A DNA stretch of 64,000 nucleotides from Ignavibacteria bacterium RIFOXYC2_FULL_35_21. Its GTDB lineage: Bacteria; Bacteroidota; Ignavibacteria; Kapaibacteriales; UBA2268. The notes under the pieces were generated by a model. That model ran no database searches. It was not told where the DNA came from and worked only from the letters and a program-made list of their open reading frames with translations. A program made the position numbers and the translations under genes. Of the stretch, positions 8,597-18,387 are shown piece after piece (the first letter of the stretch is position 1; every line of letters begins with the position of its first letter). Where the stretch lies: positions 15,399-79,398 of the forward strand of contig MHAY01000027.1 of the NCBI GenBank assembly GCA_001804705.1. The letters are read 5' to 3'.

Positions 8597-8755
8597 AAAA
8601 ACCTTATTAGTACATTTAACCTTAGTAAAAAGTAAAATAACCGGCTACATTAACCTTATTAGCTTATTCAACCAAAAATCAAAATAAGCTAATAAGGTTT
8701 GATTTGTAGAATAATAAATTTTGTTACTAAGGTAAAAAGGGTGAAATAAGGTTTT
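8597..8755. repeat. Long imperfect palindromic element, copy A, built from AACCTTA / TAAGGTT half-sites
   Basis: Perfect 17-bp inverted repeat aaccttattagcttatt (8652-8668) / aataagctaataaggtt (8683-8699) with a 14-nt loop. The outer arms also pair imperfectly (aaaaaccttatt..aaccttagtaa.. versus ..ttactaaggt..aataaggtttt). Extra TAAGGT(T) copies at 8760-8767 and 8781-8787. Confidence 0.65.
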
Positions 8756-9019
8756 GACTAAGGTTTGTAAAATTTATGCGTAAGGTGAGTTAATTAAGTG
8801 TTTTGAAAATTTATTTATTGAAAATTCAATGAAAATTATAAATTGAAAATTCTATTTTTATGTAAATGCTATTAAAATGCGAAATAACAATTATATAATT
8901 TAATCTTGTTCGTCAATGAAATATATCATAATTTTTGTAACTTTTTTTAGGGTTATTTACTCTTAAATATAAATCAATGTTTTACTTTAAATAAATTTTT
9001 CTAATATACAGGAGAAATT

Positions 9020-11761
9020 ATGAAAAAGCTTTTTATTTGCCTTGGAATAATTAGTACAATCCTAACTTATTCAATTGCACAGAATACAAATCCTCAAGTT
9101 CCAAAAAGAATAAAGCAAATTAAAGTTTTGGCAATTCCAAATCAACAGAATACACAGCCAATCGAAAAGGGAGAGGACAGAACATTGTCTCCTTATTTCT
9201 TTGTACAGAGTGGCGATTCAACAGTTGACCAGCTACCGTTATATTCAACTTCAGCCGATGTAAATATTGCGGGAGTCATAGCTGATGTTAAGGTGAAACA
9301 GGTATATAAAAATACAGGCAAAAAGCCAATTGAAGCTATTTATATTTTTCCTGCATCTACGCGTGCGGCTGTTTATGGCATGACTATGACAATTGGCGAG
9401 CGTGTACTTGTAGCTGAAATTCAAAAGAAGGAAGAAGCAAGAAAGACTTATGAAAAGGCATTAAAAGAGGGAAAGAGTGCTTCATTACTTGAACAGGAAA
9501 GGCCGAACGTTTTTCAGATGAATGTCGGAAATATAATGCCCGGCGATACTATTATCGTTGAATTAAAATATACCGAACTGCTTATACCTACGGATGGAAT
9601 TTATGAATTTGTTTATCCTTCGGTAGTCGGACCAAGATATTCTAACAAATCAGCAGATTCGGCAAAGCCTGAAGACAGGTTCGTTGAAACACCCTATCTT
9701 CATGAGGGTGAAATGCCGACATATTTATTTGATGTCAAAGTCAACATAGCTTCTGCTGTACCACTGGAGGATATTGAATGTAAATCCCACAAAGTCAATA
9801 TTGAAAAAATTAATCCTGTGCAGGCATTCATAACAATGAATGAAACTGAAAAATATGGTGGTAATCGGGATTATATTTTGAAATACAGATTGACCGGAAA
9901 TAAAATTCAATCAGGATTATTATTATCTGAAAATGAAAAAGAGAATTTCTTTTTGTTAATGCTTCAACCACCGAAAAGGGTGGAACCAAAGCAGATTCCA
10001 CCCCGTGAGTTTATATTTATTGTAGATGTTTCCGGTTCTATGATAGGAAAACCACTCTCCATCTCAAAAGATATGATGAAAAAGCTTCTAGGAAATTTAA
10101 GGCAAGGGGAGAAATTCAATATTCTTTTATTCGCTGGTGCTTCTGAAGTTTTGTCCGATAATTCCATTGATGTTTCTCCAAGGAATATTCAAAAAGCAAT
10201 TGATTTAATTGATGCTCAAAAAGGCGGTGGTGGTACAGAACTTCTTCCTGCATTGAAGAGAGTGTTTTCATTGCCGAAGGAACAAGGTAAGTCAAGAACG
10301 ATAGTAATACTAACCGATGGGTATGTTGATGTCGAAGAAGAAGCTTTCGACTTAATCAGGAATAATCTTAATCAGAGTAATGTATTTGCATTTGGCATCG
10401 GAAGCAGTGTTAACAGGTTTCTCATTGAAGGTATAGCACGTGTTGGAATGGGAGAACCATTTATCATAACAAAAAATGAAAATTCGGATGCGATTGTTGA
10501 GAAATTCAGGAAATATGTTGAATCAGCGGTTATGACTGATATAAAAGTTGAATATGATGGATTTATGACTTATGATGTTGAGCCGGTTTCAATTCCTGAT
10601 GTACTTGCTGAAAGGCCTATTCTTGTTTATGGTAAATGGATGGGGCAGCCAACAGGGAATATTATTGTCTCTGGTGTGTCAGGTGATACACGTTATAATG
10701 TTGAAATTGGAGTTCAGAAATTTGGAACAATTACACAAGGTGATGCTCTAAAATATTTGTGGGCGAGAAATAAAATAGCAATAATTTCAGATTATAATTC
10801 TTTGCGAAACAAAGTAGAGAGAAAAGATGAAATAACAGGACTAGGTTTGAAGTATAACCTGTTAACAAATTATACATCCTTTGTTGCTGTTGATTATATT
10901 TCGAGAAATAAAGATTCATTAGTCAGAGTAGAACAACCATTGCCTATGCCTGAGGATGTTTCGGACTACGCTGTCGGAAGGGGTTACAGCCTTGGTGCTG
11001 CACCGAAATTGCAAAAAAATATTTCTTTGTCTGAAAAATCAATTGACAATCCACTAATTCCTACGGAAAAAAAGAGGGATAAAGAGCCTGAGCCATACGA
11101 ATATGTCGCTGTCAACAAACAGCCTGAAATGGATTTGGATTTATTAATGAAGAACCTTGTTTATCCCGAATTAGCAAGAGTGCTTGTAATCGAGGGGAAA
11201 GTGCAGATAAGGGCTATGATAGGTAAGGACGGAAAAGTTGAAAAAACTTTGGTCGAATATTCTGATAATCAAATTCTTAACGAAGCCGCAAAAGAAGCAG
11301 TGAATAAAACAAAGTTCACTGCCGCCGAATCAAACGGTAAACCTGTAGTGTTCTGGGTTAGTGTTCCAATCCAGTTCAAACTTGATGAGAAAGATTTTCC
11401 GGTTAATTTTGTGCGTGAGGAATTCAAGAGTACTCCATCAGGATTAAAATTTAAAGATGTTGTAATTGGAAACGGTGAGCCTGTGATGAAAAATCAGAAA
11501 GTAACAATTCATTACAAAGGTTATTTGCCTGATGGAACCAAATTCGAAGAGACTTTGGCTTCGGGAAAACCTCTTTCATTTGAAGTTGGAAAAGGTCAGG
11601 TGATTAAGGCATTCGACGAAGGATTATTGACTATGAAAGCCGGTGGTCGAAGGGTACTCGAAGTACCGTCTGAACTGGCTTACGGGCATTCGGGATTAAC
11701 AGGGAAAGTTTCTCCCGATACGAAAGTGTTCTTCGAAGTTGAATTAATAAGTGTGAATTGA
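9020..11761 (+). CDS. Secreted multidomain protein: VIT - von Willebrand A - TonB C-terminal - FKBP-type peptidyl-prolyl isomerase
   Basis: 913 aa with a signal peptide. VIT-like region (LPLYSTSADVNIAGVIADVKVKQVY..IYIFPAS..YGMTM). vWA with MIDAS motif (FIVDVSGSM). TonB_C-like segment (VYPELARVLVIEGKVQIRAMIGKDGKVEK...GKPVVFWVSVPIQF). FKBP domain (VTIHYKGYLPDGTKFE..FEVGKGQVIKAFDEGLLTMKAGGRR...FFEVELISV). AGGAGA Shine-Dalgarno site upstream. Confidence 0.8.
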   Translation: MKKLFICLGIISTILTYSIAQNTNPQVPKRIKQIKVLAIPNQQNTQPIEKGEDRTLSPYFFVQSGDSTVDQLPLYSTSADVNIAGVIADVKVKQVYKNTGKKPIEAIYIFPASTRAAVYGMTMTIGERVLVAEIQKKEEARKTYEKALKEGKSASLLEQERPNVFQMNVGNIMPGDTIIVELKYTELLIPTDGIYEFVYPSVVGPRYSNKSADSAKPEDRFVETPYLHEGEMPTYLFDVKVNIASAVPLEDIECKSHKVNIEKINPVQAFITMNETEKYGGNRDYILKYRLTGNKIQSGLLLSENEKENFFLLMLQPPKRVEPKQIPPREFIFIVDVSGSMIGKPLSISKDMMKKLLGNLRQGEKFNILLFAGASEVLSDNSIDVSPRNIQKAIDLIDAQKGGGGTELLPALKRVFSLPKEQGKSRTIVILTDGYVDVEEEAFDLIRNNLNQSNVFAFGIGSSVNRFLIEGIARVGMGEPFIITKNENSDAIVEKFRKYVESAVMTDIKVEYDGFMTYDVEPVSIPDVLAERPILVYGKWMGQPTGNIIVSGVSGDTRYNVEIGVQKFGTITQGDALKYLWARNKIAIISDYNSLRNKVERKDEITGLGLKYNLLTNYTSFVAVDYISRNKDSLVRVEQPLPMPEDVSDYAVGRGYSLGAAPKLQKNISLSEKSIDNPLIPTEKKRDKEPEPYEYVAVNKQPEMDLDLLMKNLVYPELARVLVIEGKVQIRAMIGKDGKVEKTLVEYSDNQILNEAAKEAVNKTKFTAAESNGKPVVFWVSVPIQFKLDEKDFPVNFVREEFKSTPSGLKFKDVVIGNGEPVMKNQKVTIHYKGYLPDGTKFEETLASGKPLSFEVGKGQVIKAFDEGLLTMKAGGRRVLEVPSELAYGHSGLTGKVSPDTKVFFEVELISVN

Positions 11762-11820
11762 AATAGTTTTGAGTGTTGAATTTTGATTTTGAATTATCAT
11801 TTTACTTTGTTAATCCTTTT

Positions 11821-11940
11821 AAACTTGGTAAAAGGGTATTCGGTTTTATCAAAACCTTATTACGTTATGAAGTGACTAATAAGGTTTATCAAGGGGGGAT
11901 TGAATCTTTTACTAAGGTCAAATGGTTTCAATAAGGTTTT
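11821..11940. repeat. Long imperfect palindromic element, copy B (same family as 8597-8755)
   Basis: Inverted repeat aaaaccttatta (11851-11862) / taataaggttt (11877-11887) with a 14-nt loop. The outer arms acttggtaaaag.. / ..ttactaaggtcaaatggtttcaataaggtttt match the right arm of copy A (ttactaaggtaaaaagggtgaaataaggtttt). Confidence 0.6.
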
Positions 11941-12231
11941 GAATCATTAAAAATTTTCAATAGAACTGAAACAATTTTCGATTTTTTGTGTTATTACAAT
12001 ATAGACATGAGTTAATTTTAAAATTATTATATTTTTTTTGAGACTTTTTGTTGTTTCATGTGTCTTTATATATATAATTGATGCAATATATAGAATTGTT
12101 TGTAATTTTGGCATATCGTTATTGGCAATTGAGTGAGGCGCACAGGACGTTGTTAGGGTATTTATAAAGCATCAGAGCAAGGAATATATTTTACTAAAAT
12201 AAATTTCTAAGAATTATTTAAAGGTAAGAAT

Positions 12232-14796
12232 ATGAAAAGAAAGATATTCACACTGCTTGTAATGTTAGTTGCCTTGTCAGGTTTAGTCTTAGCACAAAAT
12301 TTCAGCCTTGAATCTTACAAAAATTTCCTTAAAACTCATGAGAACATGACTACTGATGAAATGTATAGCTTGTATCCCACTGGTTTATTCAACAAGACTG
12401 TCAAATATGAACCCGGGACGGCAAAATATTTTGATACTATTAACACAAAATATTCACTCACTGATTTTGAGAAGCAGTTAATAGATGAGCATGGTTTCAT
12501 GGTCTCAGAACGGCTTTCCTACAAATCATTTTGGAATGCTTATGAAGATATATGGGCAAAAGACCTTCCAGTGTTTATTTCGACTGATGCAATTTTACAC
12601 GCATTACATATGTCTTACGATGCTATATTGAGAGATATTGAAAGTGCAATTATAATTTCAAAACTTGATACTTTACTTGAAAAATTTCATAATCATTTAC
12701 TTGTTCTGATTGAGAAATACAAAGATTATCCCGATATGCAGGAAATGTTGAAAGACTATGATATATATTTTACTGTTGCAAGGTCATTATTGAACTACTA
12801 TCAATCATCAACTCTAGAATCAAATAGAACAATATGTAGAGAACTGTATAATTTAATTCTTGAAGAAAAACCACAAGAATTCTCCTTATTCTCATCAACA
12901 AATAGAATGATTGATTTCAGTCAGTTTACAATTCGTGGGCATTATACTCAATCGAAAAGATTAGGGCAATACTTCAGAACAATGATATGGCTTGGCAGGA
13001 CTGAATTTTATCTTATACCTCCGGAATCTGATGACGAACCAAAACAAACAATGCTGGATATCAGAAGACAAATAATAGATGCAGTTTTAATCCATGAAGC
13101 GTTTAATGAACTTAATTTAAAAAAAGAAATAGATGATATTGATAATATTATTAAAGCATTGGTTGGTGAATCTGATAATGTAAAAGTGGAACATATAGGT
13201 GAACTTATTGATGAAATGAATGTAAAAAGCCCGACAGAATTTCTTGATACAAATGTTTGCAAAACATTTCAAAATGCTCTTACAAACAAACCTTATGCAG
13301 AACAAAAAATACTTTCTCAAATATTAATTTCAAATCCTTTCAACACTGAACAAATTAAACCAGCCTCATCTTTTCTATTGTTTGGTCAACGGTTCGTAAT
13401 TGATTCCTATATATTTTCTAATGTTGTATTTGACAGAATTATTTTTGAGAACCAAAAAATTCTTAGAATGCTTCCTTCCTCACTTGATGTTCTCTTCGCT
13501 CTTGGAAATAATGCTGCTTCAGATTTACTAAAACCTGAACTTGAACATTACAAATATTCACTAAATTTAAGTGGGTTGAGATATCTAATTGATGGATATG
13601 ACAATGAATTTTGGGAACAATCATTTTATAATCGCTGGTTAAATACTATAAAGACATTAAATGCTCCTACCATTGGAGAAAGAGAGAAATATCCTGAATT
13701 TATGAAAACTGCCGCGTGGTGGCAGCAAAAGATGAATACACAACTTGCTTCATGGGCACAGTTAAGGCATGATAATTTATTATATGCAAAGCAATCTTAC
13801 TCTGGTTCGTTTGGTTGTTCAAATCCAGATGCTTTTCTTGAACCTATGCCTGAATTCTATAAGGTCTTGTCAGACCTTTCTAAGTTTACAATTAAAAAAT
13901 TAGAAAACTTCTTATTAACTGATAGCGGACAAAATTCAAATGATTATTTTAATAAAAAAATCAAAGATTACTTTGAGCATCTAAACAATATCTCTATTAA
14001 ACTAAACTCAATTGCTCAAAAAGAATTACAAAATATAAATTTAAGTAATGACGAATTTTCATTTCTTAAAAGTATATTTTCAACTTGGGATAATTGTGAT
14101 GGACCACACCCTAAAGGATGGTATGCTGATCTTTTTTATAATAGTGAAGATGATGCTGAAAAGATGGATATGGTAGTAGCTGATGTTCATACTGCACCTA
14201 CTGATGAATATGGTAATCCGGTAGGTTGGGTAAAGCATGTCGGTACAGGTCCGATTAATCTTGCTGTTATTACAACAAAAAATAATGATGGTGATATTAC
14301 TGCCTTCGTTGGTCCTGTGATGAGTTATTATGAATATACCTCTACAAACTTCAAGAGGTTGACCGATGAAGAATGGGAAGTGAATATGGATGAATTGCCG
14401 GCAAATAGGCCATTCTTTGTGAATTTATACCTTGCAAATGCTGATGGACAATCGAGGGAGATTAATCCTGTTTCACTTCCTGTTGGTGTTGATGATGGTG
14501 AAGAGGATTTGCCAAAACAATTAACATTTTCAAATTTTCCAAATCCATTTTCAAATTCAACATTTATAAACTTTATATTACCGATGACAGACTTCGTTTA
14601 TAATGTAAATGTTGATGTTTTTGACATGAACGGGAAGCTAATCAACAACGTATTCAAAGGTACAATTCCATCCGGAAATTACATGACTAAATGGAATGGT
14701 GCCGATATGAAAGGTGCTAAGGTTAATGCAGGTGTTTATATTTATGTTATTAATTTAAACGGAGAAAATTATTCAGGTAAAATGCTCATGAAATAA
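12232..14796 (+). CDS. Large secreted protein of unknown function with T9SS-type C-terminal sorting domain (possibly DUF3160-like)
   Basis: 854 aa with a signal peptide. C-terminus FSNFPNPFSNSTFINF...GVYIYVINLNGENYSGKMLMK is typical of Por/T9SS C-terminal domains. The internal IRGHYTQSKRLGQYFRTMIWLG is reminiscent of DUF3160, but that is recalled from memory only. Confidence 0.6.
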   Translation: MKRKIFTLLVMLVALSGLVLAQNFSLESYKNFLKTHENMTTDEMYSLYPTGLFNKTVKYEPGTAKYFDTINTKYSLTDFEKQLIDEHGFMVSERLSYKSFWNAYEDIWAKDLPVFISTDAILHALHMSYDAILRDIESAIIISKLDTLLEKFHNHLLVLIEKYKDYPDMQEMLKDYDIYFTVARSLLNYYQSSTLESNRTICRELYNLILEEKPQEFSLFSSTNRMIDFSQFTIRGHYTQSKRLGQYFRTMIWLGRTEFYLIPPESDDEPKQTMLDIRRQIIDAVLIHEAFNELNLKKEIDDIDNIIKALVGESDNVKVEHIGELIDEMNVKSPTEFLDTNVCKTFQNALTNKPYAEQKILSQILISNPFNTEQIKPASSFLLFGQRFVIDSYIFSNVVFDRIIFENQKILRMLPSSLDVLFALGNNAASDLLKPELEHYKYSLNLSGLRYLIDGYDNEFWEQSFYNRWLNTIKTLNAPTIGEREKYPEFMKTAAWWQQKMNTQLASWAQLRHDNLLYAKQSYSGSFGCSNPDAFLEPMPEFYKVLSDLSKFTIKKLENFLLTDSGQNSNDYFNKKIKDYFEHLNNISIKLNSIAQKELQNINLSNDEFSFLKSIFSTWDNCDGPHPKGWYADLFYNSEDDAEKMDMVVADVHTAPTDEYGNPVGWVKHVGTGPINLAVITTKNNDGDITAFVGPVMSYYEYTSTNFKRLTDEEWEVNMDELPANRPFFVNLYLANADGQSREINPVSLPVGVDDGEEDLPKQLTFSNFPNPFSNSTFINFILPMTDFVYNVNVDVFDMNGKLINNVFKGTIPSGNYMTKWNGADMKGAKVNAGVYIYVINLNGENYSGKMLMK

Positions 14797-14939
14797 GTAT
14801 TAAATCATAAGTTAGTATTTTAGACAGCAGACTGAAAATCAATCAATCTAATGGACAAAAAAAGATAATAACCTAAATTGAAAATTGATTATTAAAAAAT
14901 TCATTGAAAATTGTAAAATTCAAAATTTAAAATTTTTTA

Positions 14940-15926
14940 TTAAGCTTTCTCGAGCAGTTTCAACACTATTTCATTTGGGCTGATATTATCGGCTTCTGCA
15001 TTGAAGTTTGTTACGATTCTGTGACGTAAAACCGGTGATACAACTGCACGCACATCATCAATATCGGGAGTATATCTGCCTTTCATAGCGGCTCTTGATT
15101 TTGCACCAAGAATAAGATATTGTGAAGCCCTGGGACCTCCGCCATAACTCAAATAATCTTTTATAATTTGCTGTGAACCATTGCCGGGTCTTGTCGAGCG
15201 GACAAAATTAACTGCGAAATCAATTACATTATCAGCAACAGGTACACGTCGTATCAAATCCTGAAAATCAATAATTTCTTTTGCAATGAGAATTTTCTTT
15301 ACATCAGGTGAATACTCTGCAGTTGTTGTTTTTACTATTTCTTTTTCTTCATTTGTCGAAGGATAGTCGAGCCAGATATTGAACATAAACCTGTCAAGCT
15401 GTGCTTCGGGCAATGGATATGTGCCTTCCTGCTCTATTGGATTTTGAGTTGCAAGTACAAAAAACGGTTCCTCGAGAGTATATGTCGTACCTGAGGCTGT
15501 TACTCTATGTTCCTGCATTGCCTCCAATAAAGCAGACTGTGTCTTTGGAGGTGTACGGTTTATTTCGTCGGCAAGAATAATATTAGCAAAGACAGGCCCT
15601 TTGACAAATCTGAATTGCTTCTGGCCTGTTGAGATATTGTCTTCGATAACCTCGGTTCCTGTAATGTCTCCCGGCATTAAATCGGGAGTAAACTGAATTC
15701 TGCTGAACTTTAAATCGAGAGCCTGGGATAATGTTGATATAAGTAATGTTTTGGCTAAGCCCGGAACTCCAATTAACAAACAATGACCTCTTGCAAATAG
15801 TGCGATTAGTAATTGCTCGATTGTTTCTTCTTGTCCTATTATTACTTTTCCAATTTCCTTCTTTACCGCTTTTATTGATTGAGAGAAATTTTGCAAAATT
15901 TTTACATCATCAGTATTCACGCTCAT
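14940..15926 (-). CDS. MoxR-family AAA+ ATPase
   Basis: 328 aa. Walker A GVPGLAKT, Walker B ILADEINRTPPKTQSALLEAMQE, and ATQNPIEQEGTYPLPEAQLDRF. Confidence 0.9.
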   Translation of the reverse strand: MSVNTDDVKILQNFSQSIKAVKKEIGKVIIGQEETIEQLLIALFARGHCLLIGVPGLAKTLLISTLSQALDLKFSRIQFTPDLMPGDITGTEVIEDNISTGQKQFRFVKGPVFANIILADEINRTPPKTQSALLEAMQEHRVTASGTTYTLEEPFFVLATQNPIEQEGTYPLPEAQLDRFMFNIWLDYPSTNEEKEIVKTTTAEYSPDVKKILIAKEIIDFQDLIRRVPVADNVIDFAVNFVRSTRPGNGSQQIIKDYLSYGGGPRASQYLILGAKSRAAMKGRYTPDIDDVRAVVSPVLRHRIVTNFNAEADNISPNEIVLKLLEKA

Positions 15927-16140
15927 TTTAGAACCCTAAGTATTTTAATTTTATTATTAATAAAGAAATAATGCGTTAAGACGCTTACTATGAAATTAAA
16001 TTGAGTTATAGAATTTAGCAACAAAACGTTTACAGTTTTAGAATAAATTAACCCATTAATCGTTATATGTTTTGATTTTAAATTAGTTTAAGCTAAATTT
16101 GAATATAGTTACATTTAAGCAAAAAATAATAAAAGATTAA

Positions 16141-16374
16141 ATGAGATTGAGCGAAGCACCATCGAATGTTGAATTGCTTGTATGCGAAATCAGAACAGGT
16201 AAAGAAGGAAAAAGAAAACTTAATAATCTTGGTATCAGGACAGATGAATTGTTACTTAAGATTTCTGAAGCAAAATGGGGGCCTATACTGGTCAAGCCGC
16301 TCTCGAACGGTAATTCCAAAATTGCAATTGGCAGGGGAATAGCTAATAAAATAGAAGTCAGCTATGATGGTTAA
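16141..16374 (+). CDS. feoA: Ferrous iron transport protein A
   Basis: 77 aa small SH3-like FeoA pattern. Overlaps the feoB start by 11 nt. Confidence 0.75.
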   Translation: MRLSEAPSNVELLVCEIRTGKEGKRKLNNLGIRTDELLLKISEAKWGPILVKPLSNGNSKIAIGRGIANKIEVSYDG

Positions 16375-18283
16375 ACAGATAGTGCTTGTTGGACAGCCAA
16401 ATTCGGGTAAAAGCACACTGTTTAATGTTCTTTCCGATATAAAAGTACCAACGTCTAATTTTTCCGGGACGACTGTAAAGCTTAAAGAATCTCAAATTAA
16501 TATTTATGGGGAAATATATAATCTAATTGACCTTCCGGGAGTCTATTCGCTTAATCCAACAGATGAAGTTGAAAAATATACTTATGAATTTCTCCTTAAT
16601 TCGGATGTTGATTTGATTGTAAATGTTGTTGATGCTTCACTTCTCGCCCGAAGCCTTGAAATGACAGTAGAGCTGGCTGAGCTTGGAATGCCTATGATTG
16701 TAGCATTAAATATGGTTGATGAAGCCGAGAAGCATGGATTAAAAATAAATGCAAAAGAACTTGAGGACATCCTGAATGTTCCGGTTGTTCCTACTGTTGC
16801 CCTTTATGGTAAAGGCGGTAAAGAATTGGTTGACAGGATTAACGAGATTTCTTCGGGAAGAACTGCAATCCCTTTATATCCTGAATATACAAAACATCTG
16901 GAAAATGATATTGATAAACTGACAAAAAACATAAAACCGATTGTTTCGGAAATGAAGGGTTCTGCGAGGTTCTATGCCATTAAATCAATAGAAAATCCGA
17001 CACTCATTCCCCAATCAGTAACCTCAGAGATTCAGATTCAAAGAAACACAATCGAGATGGAGCTTGTTAAGAATCATCACAAAGATGTTTTTGAAACTAT
17101 TCATTATGAGCGTCATCATCAAGCTATGAAAATAGCTGAAAAGATTTCTATCTTTACGGAAAGAAAGAAAAGGCCATTCAGTGAGAAATTAGATGATTGG
17201 CTTTTGCATCCTATATTTGGCTATGCTTTTTTGTTGAGTTTTTTCGTTTTATATTTCGCCATAATTTTTATTATCGGGAGTTTAATCGGCTCATTGGTTG
17301 ATGCTCCTATACAAGCTTTGGCAGGGCTTTTTGAACCATTGAAAGCAACTCAACCTTTTATATGGCATTCAATAAACGGTGCTTTTATGGGTTTTGCAGG
17401 GATTTTTGGTATTGTACTACCTTATTTCTTGCCTCTTGTTTTTCTTACGACAATATTTGAAGACCTTGGGTATCTTTCCCGTGTTGCTTTTCTTATTGAT
17501 GGCATCATGCACAAAATCGGATTACATGGAAAATCCGTCGTTCCGATAATACTCGGATTCGGTTGTTCTGTTCCGGCATTATATGCCACAAGGCTTATTG
17601 ATAACAAACGTGATAAAATGGTTACTGGTGTACTTATTCCATTTATACCATGTTCAGCAAGAATATCGGTTATATTTGCATTGGCGGCTGCGTTCACAGG
17701 TCCCTTGTGGGCAATAGTAGTATTTGCTTATTTAATGCTCGTAATTGCAATTACAGGCCGTATAATGACAGTTTTTTTGAAAAAGCCAACCGGCTTCGTT
17801 ATGGAAATACCAACATTAAAAATACCATCAATCAAATATTCCTTCAGAAAAACATGGTATCGAATTAAAGGTTTTTTAAAAGATGCTTCATTGTTTCTTA
17901 TGGGAGGAAGCATTGTTCTTGGCTGGTTTGAATATTTCAAATTTGGATACTATATTAATATAGCTTTTGCACCTATAGTAAAATTTGTTCTTGGATTACC
18001 TATGGAATTAGGCTCCACGCTGGTTTTCGGGTTTCTAAGGAAGGAATTGATAATTGTGATGATGAACCAGGCAATGAATATTACAGCTTTAACACAGCTT
18101 CCTTTATCTTTAGGGCAAATAATTGTGTTTATTATATTTGTTTCCCTCTATTTCCCCTGCCTTACTACATTTGTAGTATTATGGAAGGAACTTGGATTTA
18201 AAGGAGTATTTTTATCCTCAATAACCAGCTTGTTTGTAGCAACTATTTCGGCATTTTTGTTTAAATTAGTTTTAAATGTTTAG
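16364..18283 (+). CDS. feoB: Ferrous iron transport protein B
   Basis: 639 aa. N-terminal G-domain (GQPNSGKSTLFN, DLPG, NMVD) followed by a polytopic membrane domain. Confidence 0.9.
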   Translation: MMVKQIVLVGQPNSGKSTLFNVLSDIKVPTSNFSGTTVKLKESQINIYGEIYNLIDLPGVYSLNPTDEVEKYTYEFLLNSDVDLIVNVVDASLLARSLEMTVELAELGMPMIVALNMVDEAEKHGLKINAKELEDILNVPVVPTVALYGKGGKELVDRINEISSGRTAIPLYPEYTKHLENDIDKLTKNIKPIVSEMKGSARFYAIKSIENPTLIPQSVTSEIQIQRNTIEMELVKNHHKDVFETIHYERHHQAMKIAEKISIFTERKKRPFSEKLDDWLLHPIFGYAFLLSFFVLYFAIIFIIGSLIGSLVDAPIQALAGLFEPLKATQPFIWHSINGAFMGFAGIFGIVLPYFLPLVFLTTIFEDLGYLSRVAFLIDGIMHKIGLHGKSVVPIILGFGCSVPALYATRLIDNKRDKMVTGVLIPFIPCSARISVIFALAAAFTGPLWAIVVFAYLMLVIAITGRIMTVFLKKPTGFVMEIPTLKIPSIKYSFRKTWYRIKGFLKDASLFLMGGSIVLGWFEYFKFGYYINIAFAPIVKFVLGLPMELGSTLVFGFLRKELIIVMMNQAMNITALTQLPLSLGQIIVFIIFVSLYFPCLTTFVVLWKELGFKGVFLSSITSLFVATISAFLFKLVLNV

Positions 18284-18387
18284 TATTATTAAAAAAAAAT
18301 ATTTGATATGGAAAATTTGAATTTCGTAATTTCGTTTAATATAAAAAAAATATTTTGTTAAAACATAAATGAGAATTCGGAGTAGCT

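Noticed and set aside
8280-14935. Recurrent ATTGAAAATT-type AT-rich words in several spacers (about 8816-8855, 14876-14935 and 58660-58680), considered as a possible Fur-like or other operator
   Set aside because: The words do not match the Fur box consensus, and such AT-rich words are expected by chance in roughly 25% GC spacers. A motif cannot be separated from composition without a genome-wide enrichment test.
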